Shown: one piece after another, positions 1 to 11,836 of the stretch
How positions within the stretch are numbered: position 1 is the first letter of the stretch
Layout of the letters: each line of letters begins with the position of its first letter
From: a virus
Lineage: Duplodnaviria; Caudoviricetes
Virus record (IMG/VR): IMGVR_UViG_3300008110_000211
Span: 1 to 33,642 of that record
Length of the DNA stretch: 33,642 bases
Direction: 5' to 3' (one strand)
Made by a program: the position numbers and the translations under genes
Notes under the pieces: generated by a model
Databases searched by the model: none
The model's input: the letters and a program-made list of their open reading frames with translations, nothing else
Told to the model about the DNA's origin: nothing

Positions 1-951
1 CCGATCTACCCGACTGGCTCGTCCTCGAACGGCTTTGCGGCCACTGGCTTCATCCCCCAGATTTGGTCCGGCAAGCTCGTCGAGAAGTTCTACGCCTCGA
101 CCGTGCTCGCGGCGATCTCGAACACCGACTACGAAGGCGAGATCAAGAATCAGGGCGATACCGTCAAGATTCGTACGAAGCCGACGATCACCATCAACGA
201 CTACCGCGCTGACGGTCTGCTCTCGCTTGAGCGTCCGCAGGGCAACGTCGTCGAGCTGAACATCGACAAGGGCAAGTACTTCAACACGATCCTCGACGAC
301 GTGATGGAAGTGCAGTCCGACCTCAATGCTCTCAGCATGTGGTCTGACGACGCCGCCGAGCAGATGAAGATCACCATCGACACGAACGTGCTCGCTGGTA
401 TTCTCGGTCAGGCTGACACGTACAACAAGGGCGCTACCGCTGGTAAGATTTCCGGCGACATCGACCTTGGCGTGACGACTTCCCCGTTGGCGCTCGTGTC
501 TAACACGCCCGCCGCTGGTGAGACCGAAGTGCTGGACGCCATCCTGCGCCTCGGCCAGTGCCTTGACGAGCAGAACATCCCCGAGACGGGTCGCTGGATC
601 GTGATCCCGACGTGGATGGCTACGCTCATCAAGAAGTCGGAACTCCGTCAGGCTTACCTGTCGGGCGACTCCGTCTCGATCCTGCGTAACGGTCGCCTCG
701 GCATGGTTGACCGCTTCACGCTCTACGTGTCGAACCTGCTCCCGACCGGCGTTGCCGGTGGTCTGGCGGCTGGCGAGACGGCGATCTACGCCGGTCACGC
801 TCACGGTCTGACCTTCGCGTCGCAGGTCTCGAAGGTCGAGACGCTCCGTTCCGAAATGACCTTCGGCACGATCCTCCGTGGCCTTCAGGTTTACGGCTAC
901 AAGGTCGTGGACGACGTGGCGCTCGCTCAGGCCATCGTCAGCAAGGCGTGA
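1..951 (+). CDS. Major capsid protein (HK97 fold, P22-coat-like), 5'-truncated by the window edge
   Basis: Frame is open from base 1 (PIYPTG...FIPQIWSGKLVEKFYASTVLAAISNTDYEGEIKNQGDTVKI). Phage coat motifs LDEQNIPETGRW and ILRGLQVYGYKVV. Strong codon bias; TGA-TAA double stop followed by a terminator. Confidence 0.93.
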   Translation, partial: PIYPTGSSSNGFAATGFIPQIWSGKLVEKFYASTVLAAISNTDYEGEIKNQGDTVKIRTKPTITINDYRADGLLSLERPQGNVVELNIDKGKYFNTILDDVMEVQSDLNALSMWSDDAAEQMKITIDTNVLAGILGQADTYNKGATAGKISGDIDLGVTTSPLALVSNTPAAGETEVLDAILRLGQCLDEQNIPETGRWIVIPTWMATLIKKSELRQAYLSGDSVSILRNGRLGMVDRFTLYVSNLLPTGVAGGLAAGETAIYAGHAHGLTFASQVSKVETLRSEMTFGTILRGLQVYGYKVVDDVALAQAIVSKA

Positions 952-959
952 TAAGTTGA

Positions 960-990
960 TCCCCCAGCCTTCGGGCTGGGGGACTTCTTT
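960..990 (+). terminator. Rho-independent terminator after the capsid gene
   Basis: Perfect stem CCCCCAGCC-TTCG-GGCTGGGGG (961-982, cUUCGg tetraloop) followed by CTTCTTT. Confidence 0.9.
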
Positions 991-1007
991 ATGCTAGAGG
1001 CGAGGCC

Positions 1008-1361
1008 ATGGCGCTTGATACAGTCGCAGACTACGTCACACAGGCTCGCACGCTTCTCCTAGACGAGATTGAGCCGTACCGGTACCCAACGGCGGACCTT
1101 GTTGACGCGCTCAACAACGGCATCCTTGAAGCTCGTCGACTTCGGCCAGACTTGTTTTTGGCCTACTTCAACACATCCCTACCCAGCTATTCAGCGGGCA
1201 GTCTTGGTACGTCGGTCTTTGTTGATCCGCAGTACCGGATGTCGTTTGTCTACTATATTGTTGGTCAGGCGCAGTTGCGCGACGACGAACCTAATCAGGA
1301 CACGAGAGCCTCGGCGTTCATGAGTAAGTTCATCGCGCAGATGATCTCTATTCAGTCGTGA
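1008..1361 (+). CDS. Head completion/adaptor-type protein (DUF6682-like)
   Basis: RBS GAGG. N-terminus 'VADYVTQARTLLLDEIEPYRYPTADLVDALNNGILEARRLRPDLF' is typical of phage head-tail adaptors. Lies immediately after the capsid gene. Confidence 0.7.
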   Translation: MALDTVADYVTQARTLLLDEIEPYRYPTADLVDALNNGILEARRLRPDLFLAYFNTSLPSYSAGSLGTSVFVDPQYRMSFVYYIVGQAQLRDDEPNQDTRASAFMSKFIAQMISIQS

Positions 1362-1368
1362 GGGTTAG

Positions 1369-4668
<3,300 letters not shown>

Positions 4669-4677
4669 GGGGGTCTA

Positions 4678-6657
4678 ATGCCTACGGTCATTACGCAGGG
4701 TGCAGCAACAGCGCAAGGTTTTGGTTTCGCAGCCAGAACTGGCGCTGCTGTTTATGTTGAGGATGTTTTCTCGACGTACCTGTACACCGGCAACGGCTCC
4801 ACGCAGACGATCACCAATGGGATTGATCTGTCTACGAAAGGCGGGATGGTCTGGTTAAAGAGCCGCTCCGCTGCAACCAATAACTTCCTTTTTGACACAT
4901 CTCGTGGCGTACTAAACGAGTTAAACAGCAACACAACAGATGCGCAGACGTCTCTTGCTGCCAGTTTGACGGCGTTTAATACGACCGGCTTTTCTCTTGG
5001 TGCCGCTGCTGGGATAAACGTAAACGCGGCTACCTACGCCTCATGGACCTTCCGCAAGCAGGCGAAGTTCTTTGATGTTGTGACGTATACGGGGAATGGC
5101 GTTGCAGGACGAACTGTTGCTCATAACCTTGGCTCTGTACCCGGTTGTATTATTGTTAAGTCAACAGATGTTTCTGGTTTCTGGAGGGTTTATCACAGAA
5201 GCATTGGCAATACAGGTGGTTTGTCTTTAAGTCAAACAACGTCAACTGCAACAACTGCAACATACTGGAATAACACATCCCCAACATCCACAGAGTTCAC
5301 CCTTGGTGACGCAACTGCTGTAAATGGTAATGGTGGCTCTTTTGTCGCCTACCTGTTCGCCCACGACGCAGGCGGCTTTGGGCTAACCGGAACGGACAAT
5401 GTGATTAGTTGTGGGTCGTTTGTTGCAGACAATTACACCAATGGGCCGGAAATCAATTTAGGGTGGGAACCGCAGTGGTTGCTGGTCAAGAACGCGACAA
5501 ACGCTGTTGGTTGGATAACAATCGACAATATGAGGGGGTTTACCGCAGACGGATCAGATGCAACATTAGCCCCTAACTCTGCGGCGGCAGAGGTTGCTCA
5601 GACCGGCTATTACAAGGTTCTGCCAACTGGTTTTGTCGGCGGCACCGCAGGCAGCGGTGGGTCCACAAACACATTTATCTACATCGCCATCCGTCGCGGA
5701 CCTATGAAAACGCCGACGAGCGGGACAGATGTGTACAAAGGGATTGCACGGAATGGCACTGGTACCAATACTACGGTGACTGGCGTTGGGTTCACACCTG
5801 ACCTTGTGCTGACGCGTGACCGAGGAGGTGCTTCAGGTTACTCTTTCACTTCGTTTGACCGGCTCAGGGGGGCAAAAAATTTTATAATCACCGATGCGAC
5901 ATCCGCAGAGAATGGCTCTGTGACGAACGCACTCACCGGCTTTGACGTAATGGATGGGTATAAAGTCGGCACGGATAACATTTTGCTTGTGGTCAACGAT
6001 GGATCAATAATAACTGAGTGCTTTCGCCGCGCGCCGGGGTTCTTTGATGAGGTGTGCTACACGGGGACGGGGACTATAAGAAATCAATCGCACAATCTTC
6101 AGTCTGTGCCCGAATTTTGGATTGTAAAGATTAGAAACGGCACAGAGCCTTGGGTTTGCTACCATAAGGATATAGGAGGTAGAAACGCCTATATACGTCT
6201 TGATGCTGCTACTGCAAAATCATCATCCACAAATTTTTGGGGGACGAGTGACCCTACTGCCTCTACTTTTGGGTTAAATTCTTTTGACTCCATCAATGGG
6301 ACATATAATCAAGTTGGCACCTACGTCGCCTACCTCTTCGCCTCCTGCCCCGGCGTCAGCAAAGTCGGCTCCTACACGGGCACCGGCACGACGAAGCAGA
6401 TTGACTGCGGGTTCACTGGCGGCGCGCGGTTCGTTCTGATTAAGCGGACTGACAGCACGGGCGACTGGTACGTTTGGGACAGCGCGCGTGGTATCGTTGC
6501 TGGTAATGATCCTTATCTCCTCCTGAACAGCACGGCTGCGGAAGTTACCGGCACCGATTACATCGACACCTACTCCGCAGGGTTTGAAATTAGCTCGACG
6601 GCTCCTGCGGCCATCAATGCTAACGGCGGAACATTCATCTTCTTGGCAATCGCGTGA
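4678..6657 (+). CDS. Tail fibre/receptor-binding-type virion protein with internal YTGNG repeats (DUF7483-like)
   Basis: N-terminal MP...GAATAQGFGF motif. Repeated modules YTGNG / HNLGSVP / VAYLFA and C-terminal FIFLAIA, as in aquatic phage tail proteins. Confidence 0.75.
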   Translation: MPTVITQGAATAQGFGFAARTGAAVYVEDVFSTYLYTGNGSTQTITNGIDLSTKGGMVWLKSRSAATNNFLFDTSRGVLNELNSNTTDAQTSLAASLTAFNTTGFSLGAAAGINVNAATYASWTFRKQAKFFDVVTYTGNGVAGRTVAHNLGSVPGCIIVKSTDVSGFWRVYHRSIGNTGGLSLSQTTSTATTATYWNNTSPTSTEFTLGDATAVNGNGGSFVAYLFAHDAGGFGLTGTDNVISCGSFVADNYTNGPEINLGWEPQWLLVKNATNAVGWITIDNMRGFTADGSDATLAPNSAAAEVAQTGYYKVLPTGFVGGTAGSGGSTNTFIYIAIRRGPMKTPTSGTDVYKGIARNGTGTNTTVTGVGFTPDLVLTRDRGGASGYSFTSFDRLRGAKNFIITDATSAENGSVTNALTGFDVMDGYKVGTDNILLVVNDGSIITECFRRAPGFFDEVCYTGTGTIRNQSHNLQSVPEFWIVKIRNGTEPWVCYHKDIGGRNAYIRLDAATAKSSSTNFWGTSDPTASTFGLNSFDSINGTYNQVGTYVAYLFASCPGVSKVGSYTGTGTTKQIDCGFTGGARFVLIKRTDSTGDWYVWDSARGIVAGNDPYLLLNSTAAEVTGTDYIDTYSAGFEISSTAPAAINANGGTFIFLAIA

Positions 6658-6665
6658 GGCACATC

Positions 6666-7169
6666 ATGGAAGTAAGGGTTAGATCAACTGGCGCGGTGAT
6701 GCTTGAGGACCAACTTCGCCGCTGGCTGCACGAAACGGGTGGCCCGTCCTACGAGACGCTGACGCCTGAAGTGATGGAGGCCATTGGCGTCGATCCTGTG
6801 TTCGAAGGCCCGCAGGCGACTGGCGGCACCGTCTACCAGTATTCCATGCGTCAGGGCGTCGAGCAGCAGTCTGACGGCAAGTGGTACAGCAAATACGTCC
6901 TTGGCCCAGTGTTCACGGACAACGAGGACGGCACGGCTGCCCAGCAGGAAGCGGCTTACAAGGCGCAGAAGGATGCCGAGCAGGCTGCTTCCGTTCGTTC
7001 TGATCGGGATCGGCGTCTGGCAAAGACCGATTGGCGTGTTATAAAAGTTCTTGAAGCGGGTAGCCTGCAAGACTTTGACTGGGCTGCATACCGCCAGATG
7101 TTGCGTGATGTACCGAGCCAAGGTGGTTTCCCTTGGAATGTTACTTGGCCGACTGAGCCGGGAGCTTAA
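6666..7169 (+). CDS. Tail fibre assembly chaperone (Phage_tail_APC-like)
   Basis: C-terminal motif VRSDRDRRLAKTDW...WAAYRQMLRDVPSQGGFPWNVTWPTEP. GAGG RBS before ATG 6666. Confidence 0.85.
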   Translation: MEVRVRSTGAVMLEDQLRRWLHETGGPSYETLTPEVMEAIGVDPVFEGPQATGGTVYQYSMRQGVEQQSDGKWYSKYVLGPVFTDNEDGTAAQQEAAYKAQKDAEQAASVRSDRDRRLAKTDWRVIKVLEAGSLQDFDWAAYRQMLRDVPSQGGFPWNVTWPTEPGA

Positions 7170-7171
7170 AC

Positions 7172-7378
7172 ATGACTATCCCCCGCGACCTATCCAATCT
7201 TGCTCCGGGCGCTAATACGTCAGGCGTCCTTCAGCCGTCTAAGGGTGGCACGGGGCTGACATCTTCAGGTACGTTAGGAAATGTGCTAGTATCCAATGGC
7301 ACAATTTGGGTGAGTCAAGCTCCTGCGGCATCTGGCGTGTCTGCTGGCAGGCTTTTCTTCACAGCTAACCTAAAGTGA
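7172..7378 (+). CDS. Small virion/tail fibre-like protein
   Basis: GGTGLTSSGTLGNVLVSNGTIWVSQAP is a common fibre shaft motif. GGAG RBS. Confidence 0.65.
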   Translation: MTIPRDLSNLAPGANTSGVLQPSKGGTGLTSSGTLGNVLVSNGTIWVSQAPAASGVSAGRLFFTANLK

Positions 7379-7387
7379 GGAAATTCA

Positions 7388-7699
7388 ATGGCTTCTGGAG
7401 TTCTTGGAACAAGTGACTTGTCAGCGGCGACAAACACTTCTGTTTACACGGTGCCCAGCGCCAAGACCGCATCATTCTCCGTAAACTTTACCAATAGGAA
7501 CTCTGTTCCTGTTCAGGTTAGGCTTGCGGTTTCATCGTCTGGGACGCCCGCCAACGCGGACTATCTCATGTATGACGTGGCGTTAAATCCTAACGTATCA
7601 TTGGAACGCACTGGCTTGGTTGCGGAGGCCACTAAGATCGTGGTGGCTTATTCTGACACGGCTAGTGTTTCTGTTCAGGTTTATGGCTACGAGGAGTAA
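7388..7699 (+). CDS. Small beta-rich virion structural protein
   Basis: GAGG RBS. Pattern TSVYTVP...VNFTNRN...VRLAV...YLMYDV...LERTGLV...VYGYEE seen in aquatic phage structural modules. Confidence 0.7.
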   Translation: MASGVLGTSDLSAATNTSVYTVPSAKTASFSVNFTNRNSVPVQVRLAVSSSGTPANADYLMYDVALNPNVSLERTGLVAEATKIVVAYSDTASVSVQVYGYEE

Positions 7700-7704
7700 G
7701 CAAG

Positions 7705-9324
7705 ATGGGCGTCAATGTTATAAACGACACCTCGTCGCAAGATATTCGTATGCCTGCTGCCGCGGCAATCAGCTCTGGTGATTTGATTATTAATACTGAA
7801 TCGGGAAAGGCTTCTGTCGCCTCTGCGGGCTTAACTATTTCTCAAAACAACAATACGACAGCGGGCCCCTCAGCTTTGTGGGCGAATAATGCATTAAGTA
7901 GTTATACAAGCTCGAGTGGCCAAAATCCGACTTCTCCCAACATTGTTCAACTTTCTACTGGTGGTATTGCTCTTGCGCTTCGGGGAGATCAGTCAAGCAG
8001 TTCTAGTTCAACACTAAAAATATTTTTTAGAAATCAGCTTGGTGGGGTTCCTTATTTCAATGTGACGGTTTCTTCAGCTACGATAGATAACCAGATTATC
8101 AGGTCTATGGGGTCTGTCGGCTTTGTGGTTGCTTGGGTTGAAAGCAGCACTACTCTCAAGTTTGCAATTTATTCTAATACTGGAACGGCAATCAAAGCCG
8201 CTACTACAGTATCAACTGTAGCATCATCTAATTTGCGGTATTTTAACGTCAATGTTTTGACTAATAACTATGTTGTCATTTCTTATAATAGAGGTGGGAC
8301 ATTATATTTTATTATATACGATACCGCCGGGAATGTGTCTGTTGCTGAAACAACTGTTGAGGCATCTTCCGCAACAAATATCAGCGTTCGCCCTTTAAGT
8401 TCGGGTGGGTTTGTTATTTATTATTATACTACAGCAGCTAAATTTGGAAGGTACAATAGTTCTGGCGTTCTTCAGGGTTCTCTGACCGCTATAAGTGGTT
8501 CTAGTTCTCTGTTTGATTTTGCAGATCAAACGCAAACATGTTTGGAATTAACAAATGGAAATCTTTTATTTTTGTTTTTGGATTCCAGTAATTGGCCTCA
8601 ATTTGCCATTTATAATTCTTCTGGCTCTTCCGTAAAGACAGCAACAGATGTTCTTGGGTCAACTGTGACAAGGAACACCGGTTATGTTAGTAATTCTCAG
8701 TTCCCCGGCGTTTGCGTCACGTCGAGTGGGTTTACAATTTTTACAAAAGGAACCAGTCAATGGTATTACGCATCATTTAATAGTGCCGGAAGCAACCTAA
8801 TTGGATTTGCTACTGCGGGAGGCGGAATCAGTGAAAGTTCTACCAATACTGCCGTAAACACACTTCAGGCCTTTGACTTGGGCAACGCAGGCTTTGCTGT
8901 TTATACAAAAACTTATAATACCACTTGTTGTGGCGTAAATTACAGTAGCTCTCTTTTTTGCTCTTCATTGACCGGCGTGCTAATCGGGAATCGAGTTAAT
9001 TTCCAAACAGCATCATCAACTGTAATTCAAAATCAATATGGCATTTTAACTTCAGACGGTTCCTTTTTTGGAAATTATTGGCATAGTGGCGGTTCTGGTC
9101 AGCTTTACGTGCAAAGTTATGCCGTCCAAAGAAAATCTGTAATTGGTGTTGCACGTAATTCTGTTTCGGCAGGCGGGACGGTTCGCGTTTCAACTGTGGG
9201 CACATTTACGCTTAACTCTTCTTACGGAGCTGGTGGTACGTTTGACCAACGGTCGGCAACTGTTCCGGGAACAAAAGGCACCGTTCTTGGAACCTCTGCG
9301 GTTCTATTTGGCTTATCTTCTTGA
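7705..9324 (+). CDS. AT-rich Ser/Thr-rich putative beta-propeller receptor-binding/decoration protein
   Basis: About 45-aa repeats ending LKFAIYSNTG / LYFIIYDTAG / AKFGRYNSSG / PQFAIYNSSG / YYASFNSAG. Termini resemble a DUF2190-like module (AAISSGDLI ... VIGVARNSVSAGGTVRVSTVG). Confidence 0.65.
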   Translation: MGVNVINDTSSQDIRMPAAAAISSGDLIINTESGKASVASAGLTISQNNNTTAGPSALWANNALSSYTSSSGQNPTSPNIVQLSTGGIALALRGDQSSSSSSTLKIFFRNQLGGVPYFNVTVSSATIDNQIIRSMGSVGFVVAWVESSTTLKFAIYSNTGTAIKAATTVSTVASSNLRYFNVNVLTNNYVVISYNRGGTLYFIIYDTAGNVSVAETTVEASSATNISVRPLSSGGFVIYYYTTAAKFGRYNSSGVLQGSLTAISGSSSLFDFADQTQTCLELTNGNLLFLFLDSSNWPQFAIYNSSGSSVKTATDVLGSTVTRNTGYVSNSQFPGVCVTSSGFTIFTKGTSQWYYASFNSAGSNLIGFATAGGGISESSTNTAVNTLQAFDLGNAGFAVYTKTYNTTCCGVNYSSSLFCSSLTGVLIGNRVNFQTASSTVIQNQYGILTSDGSFFGNYWHSGGSGQLYVQSYAVQRKSVIGVARNSVSAGGTVRVSTVGTFTLNSSYGAGGTFDQRSATVPGTKGTVLGTSAVLFGLSS

Positions 9325-9335
9325 CGGGGGTTGTC

Positions 9336-9524
9336 ATGTATCGTTTGGCAGATGGCATACAAACCATTGTTGAAAGCCAGCACAAAATAGAGTTCTCCGA
9401 GCAGGAGGTTGCGTGGTTTTGTGTGGAACAGGGATGGTTCTGCGATCCGCATCGGAGATTCTCCGTTGTGGAATTTGAGCCTCCCGTTCCCGCCGCTGAT
9501 GGTGGTCCTGATGTTGTTGGCTAA
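9336..9524 (+). CDS. Small hypothetical protein (possible fibre chaperone)
   Basis: GGGGG RBS before ATG 9336. Fills the gap between flanking genes. Confidence 0.55.
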   Translation: MYRLADGIQTIVESQHKIEFSEQEVAWFCVEQGWFCDPHRRFSVVEFEPPVPAADGGPDVVG

Positions 9525-9810
9525 ACCATTAAGCGGGTTTGGCGACCTCAAGGGCACAATCTACGATTTTGAAAACGTCGGCGACGTTATCTCTAAGCAT
9601 GTACATGATGAAGAAACGGTACATATAACAATAGTCTGTCGCGGCAGAATTAAAGCATATTCCCATGATTGGGAACGTGAGGCTATCGCTGGGCAAATAA
9701 TTGACTTCCGTGCTGGCGAGCCACACGAGATTGCCGCTCTTGAGGAAAATACTCGCGTTATAAATATCGTGAAAAAGATGAACGGATATGTAGGTGAAAC
9801 AGATCTATAG
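9511..9810 (+). CDS. Cupin (RmlC-like) domain protein
   Basis: Cupin motifs KHVHDEETVHITIVCRG and IDFRAGEPHEIAALEENT. Confidence 0.8.
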   Translation: MLLAKPLSGFGDLKGTIYDFENVGDVISKHVHDEETVHITIVCRGRIKAYSHDWEREAIAGQIIDFRAGEPHEIAALEENTRVINIVKKMNGYVGETDL

Positions 9811-9831
9811 CTGGCATTGGTAGGGGGTCAT

Positions 9832-10983
9832 ATGCCATTTAGCTCTCAGGCTGGTAAAAACAGCATCAAACTGACGTACTGTGTGTACGCTATTAGTAAA
9901 AATGAGGAACAATTTGTTCGTCGTTTCTGCAAGTCGGCTGAAGATGCTGATCTTATCCTCATTGCTGACACTGGAAGCACTGATGAGACAGTTAGCGTCG
10001 CCAGAGAGTGCGGCGCGTCTGTTTATGATATTTGTATTAGTCCATGGCGTTTTGACCATGCTCGCAACGCTGCTCTTGCTCTCGTACCTCGCGATATTGA
10101 TATTTGCATTTCGTTGGATTTAGACGAAGTTTTAGAGCCCGGCTGGCGAGAAGAAGTAGAACGGCTCTGGGTGCCGGGTAAAACCACGAATATGTGGTAC
10201 ATGTTTGACTGGGGTCACGACGTAAAATTCCCGTCTCGTAAAATTCACGCACGTCATGGATACTCATGGCGACACCCGTGCCACGAAGATTTGCATCTGG
10301 ACCCACGGCTGGAAGACCAACGCGCTTGGTCGAATAAGTTTCTAATCACACACCATCCCGACCCAACGAAAAGCCGTGGGCAGTATATGCCGCTTCTAGA
10401 GTTGGCAGTTAAAGAGGACGACCGCGACCCCCATCACTATTTTTATTACGCGCGGGAATTAACTTTTTACCGGCGTTGGGACGAGGCGAAGGTCGCGCTT
10501 CAAAGATACTTAGATATGAATACTACAAGCGCGCAAAACGAACGCTCTTACGCGATGCGGTTACTCGGCAAAGCCTACGCCGAAACTAACGACAATGGTC
10601 AGGCTGAGAAGTGGTATTACTTAGCCGCAGCAGAAGCCCCAAACACTCGCGAGCCTTGGTGTGAATTGGCGCTCCTCATGTACAACCAGCGCAGGTGGGA
10701 GGAGTGTTTTGCCTCTGCTATGCGTGCGCTGCGTATTAAAGAGCGCTCTATGGTCTACACTTGTGACCCAGCCGTTTGGGGGCACTGGGCGCACGACCTC
10801 GCCAGCATCGCGGCGCATAATCTTGGGCTAAAGGATATAGCTCTTGCACAAGCGAAGTTAGCCGTGGACTTAGCGCCGGATGACCTTCGCCTGCGCCGCA
10901 ACCTGCGGTATCTTACGGACGCTTCAAGAGATTCTGAGGGCGAAGAGTCATGGGCGTCAGAGACGAAGCCGTTAAGCAAATAG
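9832..10983 (+). CDS. GT2 family glycosyltransferase with C-terminal TPR repeats
   Basis: VYAISKNEE, ADTGSTD, FDHARNAAL, DxD (SLDLDE) and HPCHE motifs. TPR-like helices (YFYYAREL, AMRLLGKAY, REPWCELA). GGGGG RBS before ATG 9832. Confidence 0.92.
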   Translation: MPFSSQAGKNSIKLTYCVYAISKNEEQFVRRFCKSAEDADLILIADTGSTDETVSVARECGASVYDICISPWRFDHARNAALALVPRDIDICISLDLDEVLEPGWREEVERLWVPGKTTNMWYMFDWGHDVKFPSRKIHARHGYSWRHPCHEDLHLDPRLEDQRAWSNKFLITHHPDPTKSRGQYMPLLELAVKEDDRDPHHYFYYARELTFYRRWDEAKVALQRYLDMNTTSAQNERSYAMRLLGKAYAETNDNGQAEKWYYLAAAEAPNTREPWCELALLMYNQRRWEECFASAMRALRIKERSMVYTCDPAVWGHWAHDLASIAAHNLGLKDIALAQAKLAVDLAPDDLRLRRNLRYLTDASRDSEGEESWASETKPLSK

Positions 10984-11120
10984 CCGATGGCGTCTCAGTC
11001 ATTACGGTGATTGGTACGCTCGCGGGGATTTTGCCAGCAGTTGCGGCCATCTTCACGATTGTCTGGACGGGTATCCGTATTTACGAGACGGACACCATCC
11101 AGAGATGGTTGGGTAAGTGA
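10950..11120 (+). CDS. Small membrane protein, holin/antiholin candidate (56 aa, not in the ORF track)
   Basis: Hand-translated: MGVRDEAVKQIADGVSVITVIGTLAGILPAVAAIFTIVWTGIRIYETDTIQRWLGK*. Hydrophobic core; stop overlaps the next ATG (TGATG). Confidence 0.75.
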   Translation: MGVRDEAVKQIADGVSVITVIGTLAGILPAVAAIFTIVWTGIRIYETDTIQRWLGK

Positions 11121-11833
11121 TGGCTCCCCCAACCAAAAAACCAGTAAAACGTACTCCACGTAAAGTGGAAGAAACTCGTACGCGTATCGTAAAGATTAAG
11201 GCTGAAATCGACAGCCCAGCTCCGCCCCCAAAACCTCCCGGCGGGCCGCTGGATAAGGTTCTTGACCTCGTCAAATGGGTCGACTCCCCCTTCAAACTTC
11301 TAACTATTATAATCCTCGGTGTTCTTGGTTTGATCGGGTACATCATCTATTCGCATCAGGATAAGTTGGTCGCTTCGCTTACGTCCCGAGAGACGATGCC
11401 CGAGCTTCTGGCCGATGAGCGGCTGGCGTCTTTGGGGCGCGACCTGATCCGTGATCTGCGTGCCGAGACTGTCATCATCCATCAGGTTGATCTGGCGAAA
11501 AACGCTCGCATCACTCGCACCGCCCAGTCTGCCGATGGCAGGTTCTCCCCGCTGGAAGGCAAGAAGGGCGCGTTCTTCTCTGGCTCTCCGGCAAGAAACC
11601 GAGCAGCCGTCGCCATGCTGAATGGAGAGGTGCTGTGCGAGAAGTTCGAGGCGTCATCTGACGCGGGTGACTGGCTGATCTCCCGTGGCGTCACCTACGC
11701 CTGCCGGGGCTCTGTCCCGCCTGAAGCTGGCCACATGGTCGGATATATATCTGTCGGGTTTAAAACAGAGCCTCGTGATACATCAGCCGTGAAGTCGCGC
11801 ATCAATCAAACATCGAGCGAGATGGCGAGGTGA
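11120..11833 (+). CDS. Single-TM membrane protein with a putative periplasmic GAF-like domain (T4 holin T-like)
   Basis: Basic N-terminus, TM segment (LLTIIILGVLGLIGYIIY), and an alpha/beta domain with two Cys ending YACRGSVP...VGYISVGF. Located in the lysis cassette. Confidence 0.55.
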   Translation: MAPPTKKPVKRTPRKVEETRTRIVKIKAEIDSPAPPPKPPGGPLDKVLDLVKWVDSPFKLLTIIILGVLGLIGYIIYSHQDKLVASLTSRETMPELLADERLASLGRDLIRDLRAETVIIHQVDLAKNARITRTAQSADGRFSPLEGKKGAFFSGSPARNRAAVAMLNGEVLCEKFEASSDAGDWLISRGVTYACRGSVPPEAGHMVGYISVGFKTEPRDTSAVKSRINQTSSEMAR

Positions 11834-11836
11834 GAA

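Noticed and set aside
103-105. GTG start for the capsid ORF given in the track
   Set aside because: The frame is open to base 1 and includes the conserved FIPQIWSGKL motif, so the true start lies upstream of the window.
4678-9324. Possible diversity-generating retroelement target (VR/TR) in the fibre genes
   Set aside because: No reverse transcriptase in the window and no repeat pair differing only at adenines; the internal repeats are old paralogous modules.
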